Part shown: positions 20,501 to 30,314 of the stretch, piece after piece
How positions within the stretch are numbered: position 1 is the stretch's first letter
Layout: the number at the start of each line of letters is the position of its first letter
Source: a virus
Lineage: Duplodnaviria; Caudoviricetes
DNA: 64,000 nucleotides
Virus record (IMG/VR): IMGVR_UViG_3300032123_000052
Span: 1-64,000 of that record
Direction: 5' to 3' (one strand)
Position numbers and translations under genes: made by a program
The notes under the pieces: generated by a model
The model's input: the letters and a program-made list of their open reading frames with translations, nothing else
Told to the model about the DNA's origin: nothing
Database searches by the model: none

Positions 20501-21384
20501 TTAAAATAGTTACTAAAGTAATATTGGATGAGAGTAATCCTGTAAGTATTATACAAGAGTTACTTACTACATATTTTAATGATGTGACATTAAATACTTC
20601 GTCTTTTACAGTAGCCACAGAAAAAAGACTTTCTTGGGATGCTCGTTTAATGGTAACAGAGGAAAAAACATTGGTGTCATTAATTGATATGCTTGCTAAA
20701 GAACATGGATTAATTGTATATGAAAATAATGAGGGTGAAGTAACTATTGTAACTCTTGATCCTCCTGTAACAAATTCAGTTTCTAGTAATATTGATGATA
20801 CTTTACTAATATACAAGGATGAGAATAAAGAAAGTCTCTTAGATTTTAAAGAAGATTTCACAGATTTAAACTACCTTATTACTGAACTAGATGTTTATTA
20901 TGATTTTGTTAATAGTAAATATCAAGGGTATATTAAATCATTAGATTTAAATAATCAAGATGATTTTGCTATATCTAAACAATTTACAGATAACGATATT
21001 AAAATCAAATTACAATTACAAACTATATTTAATAAAGGTACTGTTAATAAAAGTGCAGAAATTAAAATGATTTATCATCAAGTGCCTACTAGGATTATAA
21101 AAGGCAAAACTACTTTAGGTGCATCAGATTATGATATTGGTGGATGGGTTACTTGTAGTAGTTCTAAAATTGCCGAAGTTAGTGGTAAAATTTATTTGGT
21201 TTTAAGTAAAAAAGAACAAGTACCCTTTCCTGGTAAAAGAAATAATATTGAATTTGGTTTATTTGAATTTGATTGGGATAACCTTGTATTAAGAATACAA
21301 GAAGTACCTCATCAAACAGAAATTGATAATTATGATGAAGTGATAGATACAATAGATGACATTGATGAAGTACCAAATGCATAA
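17593..21384 (+). CDS. Large tail tip/hub (Tal-like) protein
   Basis: 1263 aa after TMP/Dit. Hub-like segments (KIKFKGKIF...IIFIVKG; LVSLIDMLAKEHGLIVYENNEGEVTI). Confidence 0.55.
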   Translation: MFESSTNVTTSVAIYPNSGDDWDILSPFPAEILKKVVIVTGIFSTTPSKGDTCTDIDTNSFTYLRIVTGTNKHVFEANDSIAPTLQTGNLTNISPGWVFTFTAHDGLENEKGFVFSNSLINNYGLLHLLPKRLNDVGRINNEVNFLAKTNLQSKTIPVSQGIGGMSKLKDFNFTITKDYLGTNPMDINDIINTYGRTISLFISESTGIEDPDNVTYSKIKFKGKIFKAGRKNNEIIFIVKGLLNSANPLVGGAVVTQSDNSQENEAILFGDSGGAYIPISKKEDDNGIVTLQFNQDDKFIIKSLHVKSGTDSEPVWLDIDTPYNIVDNKIIFNEIEYSEIFLREVLDAPINQIDRLVIESYYIVGINFEGDMTPITLSPGDKVMCKYINPSYNLQDTLNRMTYIKMETVLDEDIYFFKCGWEFVFGYLRGHIDNYTNDITDRKTYLNLPHAGGLTVRAISYIVTYRLNPLEKEIDALPIRFPDGVDVNWQAQELKDVLQMWGTADRVFQSIPKDPLIIQIEDEKMLVIYTEKDTGYPSSEQCPDQPEYCYVWVVRGWSNTDKVSHSNNLPVTIYNSLEQKILVNFVRPLQNLNSVTPSGDWTFGTDFDKFLKNVQDMQVWNFAGGGVLTSEHDPLAWLALDFNLPDLTGDLENLWLIGKASVDIDPYDINQGNPEGDAFISIALNTIEEGNETSTIEQRQKRRRIYGQYLHDDISEQDKYKIASYRYDGSLEQVQGEYIFSLKTVTAFARYHNAYIPGAGYSVKQQTNAYNISDYDDLKETSIFFCLNSNTYENKKTMFTFNRPSLKVQLKMDILSADIYAKVIPKKIFDNSSDEFTIGTNGKICWHPYNYFQTIGDLINPDLKNMISVSDDDNLGFTNIAVFSNAKFGFVTPNPNTDYPGFLVKDLIRKNGVGKIYPTQNLKEDYILPSIDVGNYVRTTGFPDGLSDAGKILLENGSSYLWVDQDNNKVKIVTKVILDESNPVSIIQELLTTYFNDVTLNTSSFTVATEKRLSWDARLMVTEEKTLVSLIDMLAKEHGLIVYENNEGEVTIVTLDPPVTNSVSSNIDDTLLIYKDENKESLLDFKEDFTDLNYLITELDVYYDFVNSKYQGYIKSLDLNNQDDFAISKQFTDNDIKIKLQLQTIFNKGTVNKSAEIKMIYHQVPTRIIKGKTTLGASDYDIGGWVTCSSSKIAEVSGKIYLVLSKKEQVPFPGKRNNIEFGLFEFDWDNLVLRIQEVPHQTEIDNYDEVIDTIDDIDEVPNA

Positions 21385-21395
21385 AGGAGACTGAA

Positions 21396-23570
21396 ATGCC
21401 AAATAGAGAAATAACTTTTTATTACAATACTCTTACTTATATGTTAGCGAATCTTAAAAATAAGCAAAGAGCTTTTACTACTGAGGGTGCTGACTCAAAT
21501 AATGAAACTGTTTGGGGTAGCGGTAAAGGTACTAAAGGTTGGCTTGCTTATAAAGATTTGGATGGAGATTTACAAGTACCTGCAATACAAAAATATTATG
21601 ATGTTTCTCTTTCTGCATGGGTAAGAAGAGGGAATGTATTTGCAGATGTTGAGATAGATGAAATTTATTCCAATATAGGTTTTAAAGACCAGTATTTAGC
21701 TGATGATATACCCATTAGTGAGAGTGGTGTAACAGCCTTAGCAGGTGGATTCTCAGCTACGAGTATTATTGGCGCACTGAATGAACTTAAGAGTGGTATA
21801 ACTGCTGCTGATACTTATTGGGCAGCTCAATCTGGAACTTCTACTAGGCCTAAATCTCCTTTTGTTTGGATATATGCTTTAAATGGTTTTCAAGATCAAT
21901 ATTGTGCAGGTATACCTTTAGCAGAATCCGGTGATGGGTCACTTGATGGAGGATTTAGCGCAGTGAGTATTATTGGGGCATTAAATGAAGTGTATGGTAG
22001 TATGCACGCATTCAAGACAATCACAGGTATTACAAATGATGTAGTTGCAGATTCTGTAGCTGATACTCTTAGCCTTGCAACCGGAAATAATATACTTGAA
22101 ATAGTTGGTACGACAGCAACAGATACTATTACATTCACAGTAGATGAGACTAATATTAATCATGACAATCTATCCAATTTTGTAGCGAATAAGCACATAG
22201 ATCACTCTACGGTATCAATTTCAAGTGGCGGAATTCTTTCAGGGGGAGGCACTATAGTAGCGAATTGTACAATATCTCTCGCTAATGGCGATGTAGATCA
22301 TGACCAGACACTTAATTTTACATCTACAGAGCACTTTACAATGTTAAATGAGAATGATCTTGGAAGTAATTCAGATACTCAAGCTGCTACTCAACAATCG
22401 ATTAAAGCTTACGTAGATGCTGCTATCGGTGCTGAAAACCTGTGGAATAGAGCAGCTACAACGTTATCACCTCATACCGCTGGAGATAACGTTACTACTA
22501 CTGGGGTGATAACAGGCAACTCTTTCATCACAGCTTCAAATATTGGTATTGCTGCTGATGCAGATTTGATTCAACTGACCGCTGCTAATACTGTAGTTTT
22601 CAATGCTACTAACGTTGGTATAGACAATGTAGCTCCCGGAAGACTCCTCACAGTCGGAGGTGCTCACGATGATCCAACAATCTCCTTGAATCGGTCAACT
22701 ATTACGTGGACTGCTGATCAAAAAACGGCGTTCGGGTGCGTAGATGGAGAGGGTGGAAATTTAAAACTATATAGCAATACTACTGGAGGGATTTATCATA
22801 AATATATTTCAAAAGCCGCAGCATCTGGTTTCAACGCGCTGTTTCAGGCATTTTCTGAACATGATCTAACAACTCAAGGTTCATTTCTGTTCGTAGGTTT
22901 CAAGCATGACGGTTCTGGTAGTTTTACCACTCATGGGGCATCTGCGAAAATATTTGAAGTGAGAAATTATGCCAATACATTAATGACTATCAAGGGTAAT
23001 GCTAATACTGGCATAGACAACGCTCTTCCTTCCAGATTACTGACAGTCGGAGGTGCTCACGATGATCCTACTATCTCACTTAATAGGTCAACCATAACTT
23101 GGACTGCAGACCAAAAATCTGCTTTTGGATGTGTTGATGGAGAGGCTGGAAATTTTATGCTTCGCAGTGGTCTTGTTGGAGGATTGGATATTACTTCATA
23201 TTCAAAATCTGTCAGTGGTGTGGCTATAGCGTTTAATGCGTGTTCTGAAAACGATCTGACTGCATACGGCTCATTTATATTTAGAGCGTACAAGCATGAT
23301 GGTTCTGGGAGTTTAACCGCTCATGGAAATAGTGCTAAGATATTTGAAATTAGAAATGATTACAATATATTAATGACTATTTTGGGTGATGGTAATATGG
23401 CTATTAATGGAAATGCAACATTAGCCAGTAATAAAAATATTGTAACACAGGGAACAGGCGCCCTGTATAGCACAGGAGTTGGCCTTGGAGAAACTGAGAG
23501 GAATGTTGCCGATCCTTATCCCAGATTTGACAAAGATACCGGAGAATTGTATGGAGTGACACCAAGTTAA
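21396..23570 (+). CDS. Tail fibre protein, mosaic
   Basis: Fibre shaft motifs (SIIGALNEL twice, HDNLSNFVANKHIDHS, ATQQSIKAYVD) and a duplicated ~131-aa distal module. Confidence 0.75.
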   Translation: MPNREITFYYNTLTYMLANLKNKQRAFTTEGADSNNETVWGSGKGTKGWLAYKDLDGDLQVPAIQKYYDVSLSAWVRRGNVFADVEIDEIYSNIGFKDQYLADDIPISESGVTALAGGFSATSIIGALNELKSGITAADTYWAAQSGTSTRPKSPFVWIYALNGFQDQYCAGIPLAESGDGSLDGGFSAVSIIGALNEVYGSMHAFKTITGITNDVVADSVADTLSLATGNNILEIVGTTATDTITFTVDETNINHDNLSNFVANKHIDHSTVSISSGGILSGGGTIVANCTISLANGDVDHDQTLNFTSTEHFTMLNENDLGSNSDTQAATQQSIKAYVDAAIGAENLWNRAATTLSPHTAGDNVTTTGVITGNSFITASNIGIAADADLIQLTAANTVVFNATNVGIDNVAPGRLLTVGGAHDDPTISLNRSTITWTADQKTAFGCVDGEGGNLKLYSNTTGGIYHKYISKAAASGFNALFQAFSEHDLTTQGSFLFVGFKHDGSGSFTTHGASAKIFEVRNYANTLMTIKGNANTGIDNALPSRLLTVGGAHDDPTISLNRSTITWTADQKSAFGCVDGEAGNFMLRSGLVGGLDITSYSKSVSGVAIAFNACSENDLTAYGSFIFRAYKHDGSGSLTAHGNSAKIFEIRNDYNILMTILGDGNMAINGNATLASNKNIVTQGTGALYSTGVGLGETERNVADPYPRFDKDTGELYGVTPS
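22617..23402 (+). repeat. Diverged tandem duplication (393-bp period) in the fibre gene
   Basis: GIDN..P.RLLTVGGAHDDPTISLNRSTITWTADQK.AFGCVDGE...KHDGSGS.T.HG.SAKIFE.RN begins at 22617 and again at 23010. Confidence 0.92.
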
Positions 23571-23699
23571 AAATTAAACAGGCGTTTATTAATGGCGAAT
23601 GAATATAAAGACGAATTGCGAGTATTGGCAACACCTTAGAAAAGCTTTATAATAAATTATAAATAAGTTTATTAACTTTCAACAAACAGGAGGAGGTGT

Positions 23700-24215
23700 A
23701 TGAAAACGACTGATGTTGTACGTCTGTACAATGAGATTTGTGTTTTGCAGGGTATTAAAAAGACACTCTGGGAATTTAATCACATGATGATTGAGGTTAA
23801 AAAAGTGATTAGGTCAGCAGCTGATGATTACAGCGAGAACATTATGGCAATTCAGGAAGAGATCACCGCGCTTCGACTTGAATACTGCCAAAAAGATGAC
23901 GAAGGCAAAGCGGTTGTGGCACGCCGTTATAGCAAAGATACTGATGGGAAGCTTACCATCACTGAAGAGCAATATGTTGGCCTTGTCAGGGGGGAGCAGC
24001 CAAATTTCGACACCAGGTTCAAAGAGCTTAACGATGCCGCTAAGGAGCTTGGGGAGGCAATAGTGATATACGGCGAAGATAAAAGGCCGATAGAAGAGAG
24101 ACTTTCTGAAGTCAAACCTGCTAAACGTAGCCAGGTTCCAGCAGACTGGGATGGGAATCGTGAAGAAATTTTCTGGGATTTTATCGAAGAAAATAAGAAA
24201 ATTACCGCAGAATAG
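23700..24215 (+). CDS. Hypothetical protein, possibly a fibre-associated chaperone (DUF1617-like)
   Basis: Strong RBS aggaggtg. Helical, with an EYCQKDDEGKAV motif seen in genes that follow fibre genes. Confidence 0.5.
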   Translation: MKTTDVVRLYNEICVLQGIKKTLWEFNHMMIEVKKVIRSAADDYSENIMAIQEEITALRLEYCQKDDEGKAVVARRYSKDTDGKLTITEEQYVGLVRGEQPNFDTRFKELNDAAKELGEAIVIYGEDKRPIEERLSEVKPAKRSQVPADWDGNREEIFWDFIEENKKITAE

Positions 24216-24253
24216 CTGATAATAAAAAGAGAGGGATGGTGTAGGATAAATGC

Positions 24254-24949
24254 ATGGCCCAATTTGGAAACAACTATAACTATGGGGTGAGCCCTTACTA
24301 TAAAGATGAGGGTGATCCGCTTGTGCCGGGCGATTACTACTTTGATTTTGACAAAGTAGAAACAGGTATTGGGTCTGTAGAAGATCCGTGCAATTATGAG
24401 CAGTTCGTTAATTATTTCGATCCTGCTGACGGGGCACCGTGTAACTTTGCACCGACATTCGGTGATATACTAAACATAAGAGGCGTAGCCAAACTTATTG
24501 GCAGAACGTATCTCATTAATATAAATAACACCGTTGAAGGATTGGTGACAATCAGACCATGGAGTATTACTCAGCATGGAGTCTGGTTAATAGAAACCCG
24601 TGATCTCGATACGGGTTTAATAACATTTATTAAAAATGAATCTGATAATTATATTAATAATCTGGTGGTGGAGGGTTTCGCGTTGTTGCAAAACAACGCC
24701 AGCTCTCCTACCGCTGTTAAAATGACAGGTATAACATATAGCGGTTCCGGCCCGGTTATCACAATGAAGAATTGTATGGTATATTGCCGGAGTGGAAATG
24801 TCGATCTTGCCGCAAATGCAAATTGCGCCAGTAAATATCAGGGATATTCAATATGGGCCAATGAAGTTGATTTTGGCGCTGTTACAAGCAATCTCTTAAC
24901 TATGGATGATGGCTCGATAAAAGCAAACCTTTTAATTGATGCGGCCTAA
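24254..24949 (+). CDS. Beta-helix-like virion protein (possibly the N-terminal part of a split gene)
   Basis: Asn/Ile-rich beta-helix-like strands. Its TAA is followed in the same frame by TCA ATG of the next ORF. Confidence 0.6.
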   Translation: MAQFGNNYNYGVSPYYKDEGDPLVPGDYYFDFDKVETGIGSVEDPCNYEQFVNYFDPADGAPCNFAPTFGDILNIRGVAKLIGRTYLININNTVEGLVTIRPWSITQHGVWLIETRDLDTGLITFIKNESDNYINNLVVEGFALLQNNASSPTAVKMTGITYSGSGPVITMKNCMVYCRSGNVDLAANANCASKYQGYSIWANEVDFGAVTSNLLTMDDGSIKANLLIDAA

Positions 24950-24952
24950 TCA

Positions 24953-27598
24953 ATGACAATTGTAATTAATAATCTTGAAACAAATCGACCCGAATCAGAT
25001 CTTACAAATGCAACTGTGGTAAACAGTTCATTTGAAGCGGCGGCGCCGAACAATGTTCCCGGGCCTTTTTATTCTGATGAGTACAACAAATTTAATTTCG
25101 TATATGACGATTTTGGATTTGTAAATCCAAGCCGCGGATCAGCATATCAGTCAGCAAATGGATATCCGACCGGAATAGGTGGAGCGTCTCGATATGGGGT
25201 TGGGGCATTCTACTTCTTTGTTCCGGTTCCAAATCCGGAGATACAGCCACGAGCTACTGAGATATTATGCGAAGAGGCCACAACACCAGGCAGGGTGTTT
25301 TGGGAGTATCTTTCTACATTCTGGAACTATATGGATACTGCCGACAGAGAGTCGTTTGAGGCTTTTTGGTATGGGTTAACCCAAGCTGGTGCAGACTTAG
25401 TTAAGAGGGCAAGAAGATTGCTTGGGGCAACTGCTCCAGAAAATGCATGGATATGTGTGCTCGAGGATTATTATGATATCCTTATTGGCCCGTTGCACTC
25501 AAAACCAATTGATCTTGATCCAACTATTAAATCCCCGAATTATACCATAAGGCCGATTGAAGTAAAACTTTTTGAACCGGCTTATGACTCTGAAACAAAT
25601 CCTGTTTACCGAGATATGTTTCGAATTTCGGCACCAGATTATTATAGAGTACGCAAAGTTGGCCTTAGCAATTATGTTGTTGTTCAGGTGAAAAGAGAAG
25701 GCGTCACCGATCGGTATTTCAAATTAAATAACCTTTTGTCATCAGAAGAGAAGTATGATCGGTCAGCATTTGCAGAGATTAATGAAACAATCAACTTTGA
25801 AGACGATCTTGATGTTGGTAGAATTGGCATTACAGCAAATGATTATACTGAGGATGTGTCTGAATACTATGTTCTCGTTTCTGCTGATGATGGTAGTGGG
25901 ACCAGCGTTGTGTGGACGGCAAACAGTCTTCATATAAAAGTTGACCGTATTGCCGCTGAAACAATTGATCAAATACTCACCATTGTTAACACGCCACCTG
26001 CCGCATGGGCTGTTGTCACAAACCGATCACCAAAAGGGCTTGATAACTTTCCGATAACAACAGAAGCTGGAGTAATGCCGGATGATGCGATAAAGTTTAA
26101 AAACCTTCCACAGTATATTTGCCGTGAAGAGAATGAAGGTAGGTATTATTTACCTGAAGGCAAGAAGTGGGAATGGTTTGATGGATATACAGCGCTGGAT
26201 GGTGATGTTGGCAACCCCGCTTTTGGTGAATGGGTTGATTCATTTTCATCTTTTAATTACATGATAGAAGTGCAAGGCGATCTGTCTTATATAGGAGATG
26301 AGTCATTTACTATATATCTGACAACTGGCAGAACATATGATGTTCTTTCACATATAAATATACTTCCATCACTTCAAAACTTTCTTGATGAAAAATTAGG
26401 AGTTCCACTCTTTGATGGGCAGGACTATCGATTCTATAACAATACGGTGGAATTTTTTAATGATATATTTACTAATGGGCAGGCCATCCCTAATACCTAT
26501 CTTTATTGCCCAAAAGCATCTGCAATTGAGCACATGCTTTTCGAAATCTACGGAACGATCGTGAATGTTCCAAGATGGCAGGATTATAATTACACCAATA
26601 TATCCGGGAAGGCTGGAATAAACTCTCTTCTTAAATCGCTACAGAGCGTCAGCAATAGACAGGATTATGAAAGAGCTTTAAATGTCTATTATGGATTGCC
26701 GGTATCTCCAGAGCGATCAGACGTTCTAGGCTTATACGAATCATATGGATATAAAGTAATAGGAGTCGCTAGTAACAATGTTACTTTGGAGATTCCTGAG
26801 AACGAGGAGCTTCATCAATTTATACAATCAGGCGGCAGATTCCTTATTGAAGGAAAGACTGAAGTTAAGATATCAATAGTTTCTGATAGACCAAATGGAA
26901 TAGTGACGCTTGAAAACGCATCCTCTGTTGATGTAAATGATATTTTTTATGTAAAATTGAACAATAAATTTTTCATAAAGAGCTTTTATTCCGAAGATCT
27001 GTCAACCTCTACCCCTGGATATATAGATGTTTATATACCTGAGGGGGCTGGTGCAATTCAGCATGTTGTTGATGTTATGCAGACACTTTCTGGTGGAGAA
27101 CAATATCCAGAAATGCTTATATATGGAACCGAAAAGCTTAATCATAACTACAATGGCGTATACCATGTAACAAATGCTACTGAGGCTGGGGGAATAGTGC
27201 GGCTCACTGTTTATGAAAAGGAGAATGTTGATACGACAGTCTATAATGATTTCATCGGCGAAACTACTGAAAATATCAGTGCTGGTTTTGCCCACTTCTC
27301 ATGGCCGACACATAAGTTCCTTAATTTGTATCTTGAGACTCAAAAATATTTTAAAGCGTATATTGATTCACCGATCGATACTATTTATGACGCCGGAGAT
27401 GTCTTAAATAAATACGATATAATTACACGCAATGTATCGGTCGTTGATAAAGCAATTTTCCCAGGATGGGTAGGTTTCGATCATTTCAGAAGATATAACG
27501 GAATTAATCTTGAGTCTGATATTCTTGAGATTACTTATATCGTCCCTGGAGCCACTTTTGGTAAGTATTTTCCGAGTGCGTGTATGGCACTCGTATAG
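24953..27598 (+). CDS. Large structural protein, baseplate-wedge-like (tentative)
   Basis: 881-aa ORF. WEYLSTFW..F..FW and ERALNVYYGLPV segments recall wedge-type proteins of large phages (from memory, unverified). Confidence 0.45.
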   Translation: MTIVINNLETNRPESDLTNATVVNSSFEAAAPNNVPGPFYSDEYNKFNFVYDDFGFVNPSRGSAYQSANGYPTGIGGASRYGVGAFYFFVPVPNPEIQPRATEILCEEATTPGRVFWEYLSTFWNYMDTADRESFEAFWYGLTQAGADLVKRARRLLGATAPENAWICVLEDYYDILIGPLHSKPIDLDPTIKSPNYTIRPIEVKLFEPAYDSETNPVYRDMFRISAPDYYRVRKVGLSNYVVVQVKREGVTDRYFKLNNLLSSEEKYDRSAFAEINETINFEDDLDVGRIGITANDYTEDVSEYYVLVSADDGSGTSVVWTANSLHIKVDRIAAETIDQILTIVNTPPAAWAVVTNRSPKGLDNFPITTEAGVMPDDAIKFKNLPQYICREENEGRYYLPEGKKWEWFDGYTALDGDVGNPAFGEWVDSFSSFNYMIEVQGDLSYIGDESFTIYLTTGRTYDVLSHINILPSLQNFLDEKLGVPLFDGQDYRFYNNTVEFFNDIFTNGQAIPNTYLYCPKASAIEHMLFEIYGTIVNVPRWQDYNYTNISGKAGINSLLKSLQSVSNRQDYERALNVYYGLPVSPERSDVLGLYESYGYKVIGVASNNVTLEIPENEELHQFIQSGGRFLIEGKTEVKISIVSDRPNGIVTLENASSVDVNDIFYVKLNNKFFIKSFYSEDLSTSTPGYIDVYIPEGAGAIQHVVDVMQTLSGGEQYPEMLIYGTEKLNHNYNGVYHVTNATEAGGIVRLTVYEKENVDTTVYNDFIGETTENISAGFAHFSWPTHKFLNLYLETQKYFKAYIDSPIDTIYDAGDVLNKYDIITRNVSVVDKAIFPGWVGFDHFRRYNGINLESDILEITYIVPGATFGKYFPSACMALV

Positions 27599-27629
27599 TA
27601 TATTAGTGTTATGATAAAGGATTTTTATT

Positions 27630-28040
27630 ATGCAAGTTAACGTAACAATAAGATCAGAAATGCTTAATGTTATAGATACATCTATAACAACAGGTACAGC
27701 TCCTAAAAAAATAATTTTCCAGGACGCTTCTGATATAACACTTGCCGAAATGCAATTCAAGGAGTTAGAAGCTTTTGGAATTGATGCCCAATACAAATTT
27801 AAAGCTCTTGATGATAGCTATTCACTAAAAGCGTCAGTAACAACAAGTGGCAGGGTTGCCAAATTCTTTATTAAAGGTGAGAAGGTTGGTGGCGGCGTTC
27901 CTCTTATAGTTACTATGAATGGTAGTGTTGGTGGATTAAATTCAAATTCTGATATCAGATTTAACAGGAGAGACTGGTCCGAATCTGGGGTGATTACACT
28001 CAATAATTTGATACTTAAATTAATACAAGGTCTGGCATAG
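27630..28040 (+). CDS. Small phage structural protein
   Basis: The pattern RSEMLNVID...SG.VAKFFI...GSVG..NSDI resembles the common RNAMLD...ATGTA.WFR...GSVG..GAD tail-associated family. Confidence 0.5.
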   Translation: MQVNVTIRSEMLNVIDTSITTGTAPKKIIFQDASDITLAEMQFKELEAFGIDAQYKFKALDDSYSLKASVTTSGRVAKFFIKGEKVGGGVPLIVTMNGSVGGLNSNSDIRFNRRDWSESGVITLNNLILKLIQGLA

Positions 28041-28048
28041 GGGTTTTT

Positions 28049-29722
28049 ATGAATACGTTCGTACGTAGGGAAATATTAGACAATTCGATATCTGGCGATA
28101 AGATATTCGGCGGGAGTATAAATTATGTTGATGGTCTTTATACTGACCATCTTGCTGTTCCTCACGACGCTGGATCAGGCGGGACAGGTTCTATCGACGG
28201 GGCTGCATTCACGATTGGTATTACTGATAGAATAGCATTTATAGATGCGGTGACCACCAACACAAGGTCGCTTAATGTGTGGGCCAGCGATTTCAGTGGA
28301 TATGCTGCTACATTAACGCCAACATCAACACAATATGGAACCTTATACCTTAATAGTGCTAGTGGCCATGCGGTTCAATTAACGGCAAATTCATCAAGTT
28401 ATAGCTATCACACTCCAAAGCTTATTATAGGGGCGACATCAGAACAGGCGAGTCATTATAAATTTGAAGTTCCATCTCATTTTTCATATTTTTATGGAAT
28501 TGATTGTTTAATGGCAATTTGCACAAATTTGCAGGCTAATAGTTTCTATTTTATAAACCACTCTGCGCTCTGGACAAATATTCAAGATGTTTCACAATTG
28601 GTTGACTATCTTGCAACAAATGCTCTTTCGGGAGGTGTTGGCCCGCTTCTGGTTGATCCACTTCAGGAGATTGTTGATAATATCAGCGCATGGCAAATGT
28701 CTCAAATAGCACATCTTCAGGATGCAATTTCTACCTCTAATTGGCAATGGTTATCGGAGATGGACCAGAGCGTGTCAATCGGCCAGCAGGTTATTTTTGG
28801 CGATGTTGATTGTATTAATGTAATAGCGACTGGTGATGTCGCGGCCGCTGGTCAGGTTGAAGGCACAAAGCTTGTTGAGACATCTGGAGGAACTGTCCTT
28901 GTTCCATCTCAACATGGGGATATCAGAGGGCTTCATTTGGATTGGTTTTATCCTCTTGGTGTTTCAACAGAAACGAGAATTATTGTTGAGGAAGGTGAGT
29001 GCATAGACGCGTCAAAGGTTCTTAGAATTTCATTAACAAGCAGATTAACTAAGCATATTGATGCCTTATGGATAGCTGGGGATGATAATGGCGGAAGGGC
29101 TGGGCCACTAACATCATCAACTTATTATTGGGTTCATGTCATTTATAATAGTTCTGGTGGGCTGGTAGATGCTGGGTTTGATACAAGCTTAACTGCAACT
29201 AATTTATTATCAGTATCTTCATACACGCATTATAGAACTCTTGGGAGGGTACGTGTCGATGGTGCGGATAAAATTATTATGTTTGAAGATATAGCCACTT
29301 ATCAATATACACACAGGTCAACAAGATCCGGTTTTAAATTAGGCGTAGGTGCAGCATTTGTCTCTAGCCCTTTTGAAGTCTATAGTGGGGCACAAAGGTT
29401 AGGGAGGACAGTGGAATGTTGGATTCAAGAAGGGTCAGAACCATCAAACTCATCAAAGCTTGAATATAATTTTTTTCCATATGCGAGGCCGCTATCTCTG
29501 GATACATATGATGTTGTAGCCGCTCCCTGTAATTTCCTGAATGGAAATACCGCTTCGCATGTGAAGCCTGGGGAAATACGGTTAGACCGAACATCTGATA
29601 CATTTCAATGTCTTTGTTTTATAGATGGAGCTGGAATACATGAGGATGGGTTTGTACTTTCTGGCCCTAAGGGTATACAACAACTTATATCTTTTATAAT
29701 TCACATTCGTGACCATACATAA
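28049..29722 (+). CDS. Tail fibre-like protein
   Basis: ISGDKIFGG N-terminus, coiled/QSV shaft segment and a YYWVHVI...VDAGF...YTHYRTLGRVRVDG distal domain typical of fibres. Confidence 0.55.
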   Translation: MNTFVRREILDNSISGDKIFGGSINYVDGLYTDHLAVPHDAGSGGTGSIDGAAFTIGITDRIAFIDAVTTNTRSLNVWASDFSGYAATLTPTSTQYGTLYLNSASGHAVQLTANSSSYSYHTPKLIIGATSEQASHYKFEVPSHFSYFYGIDCLMAICTNLQANSFYFINHSALWTNIQDVSQLVDYLATNALSGGVGPLLVDPLQEIVDNISAWQMSQIAHLQDAISTSNWQWLSEMDQSVSIGQQVIFGDVDCINVIATGDVAAAGQVEGTKLVETSGGTVLVPSQHGDIRGLHLDWFYPLGVSTETRIIVEEGECIDASKVLRISLTSRLTKHIDALWIAGDDNGGRAGPLTSSTYYWVHVIYNSSGGLVDAGFDTSLTATNLLSVSSYTHYRTLGRVRVDGADKIIMFEDIATYQYTHRSTRSGFKLGVGAAFVSSPFEVYSGAQRLGRTVECWIQEGSEPSNSSKLEYNFFPYARPLSLDTYDVVAAPCNFLNGNTASHVKPGEIRLDRTSDTFQCLCFIDGAGIHEDGFVLSGPKGIQQLISFIIHIRDHT

Positions 29723-29734
29723 TAGGGAGATTTT

Positions 29735-30286
29735 ATGAAACACGCCCAGGTAATAAATCTTAACGAAGATACTGTTATGGCATTTATAGGGGATAATGTC
29801 ATTGAGGCTGCAACGCAGGAATTGATGCATACAATAGCATCTTCACTTCTGGTTGATATGAAACTGTGGGATTTAATAAGTAATGCCCCTGTTACTATCA
29901 CAGGTTTAACAATGACATATAGTTCCACCTCCAGATTCTGGACTGTTGATATTGATGGTACGCCTTCTATAAAAAGTATTCTTCAGGACAGGCGCAAATA
30001 TGTTGGAACGGTTTATGGAAATGCGGCAGAACCGGAGAATTTGGAACCATTCCAAATTACTGAATTTGCGATTGACAATGAATCTCTTGATGATATATTA
30101 ATGAGAATGTCCTATGAGATAGTGATAGATGGTGGCCAGGCGTTTTTCTTCTGGTATGCGCCTGGGCATCATGGCGATGTGTCATATAGAAGATTTGTTG
30201 CTGAAGCATATGAAGGTGGTGTTGGAGCAACTTTTGCCACTGATCCGAGCCGTGTTACTCATAGGGGTGTAATTCAGCAGTATTAA
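29735..30286 (+). CDS. Hypothetical protein
   Basis: 183-aa ORF with RBS gggag, in the co-directional cluster. Confidence 0.6.
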   Translation: MKHAQVINLNEDTVMAFIGDNVIEAATQELMHTIASSLLVDMKLWDLISNAPVTITGLTMTYSSTSRFWTVDIDGTPSIKSILQDRRKYVGTVYGNAAEPENLEPFQITEFAIDNESLDDILMRMSYEIVIDGGQAFFFWYAPGHHGDVSYRRFVAEAYEGGVGATFATDPSRVTHRGVIQQY

Positions 30287-30314
30287 TTTGGTTCATCATA
30301 AACTGGAGTGGGAA

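Noticed and set aside
24947-24949. Genome-wide stop-codon reassignment
   Set aside because: TAA, TAG and TGA all terminate well-packed genes elsewhere and coding density is high under the standard code. This is one local event.
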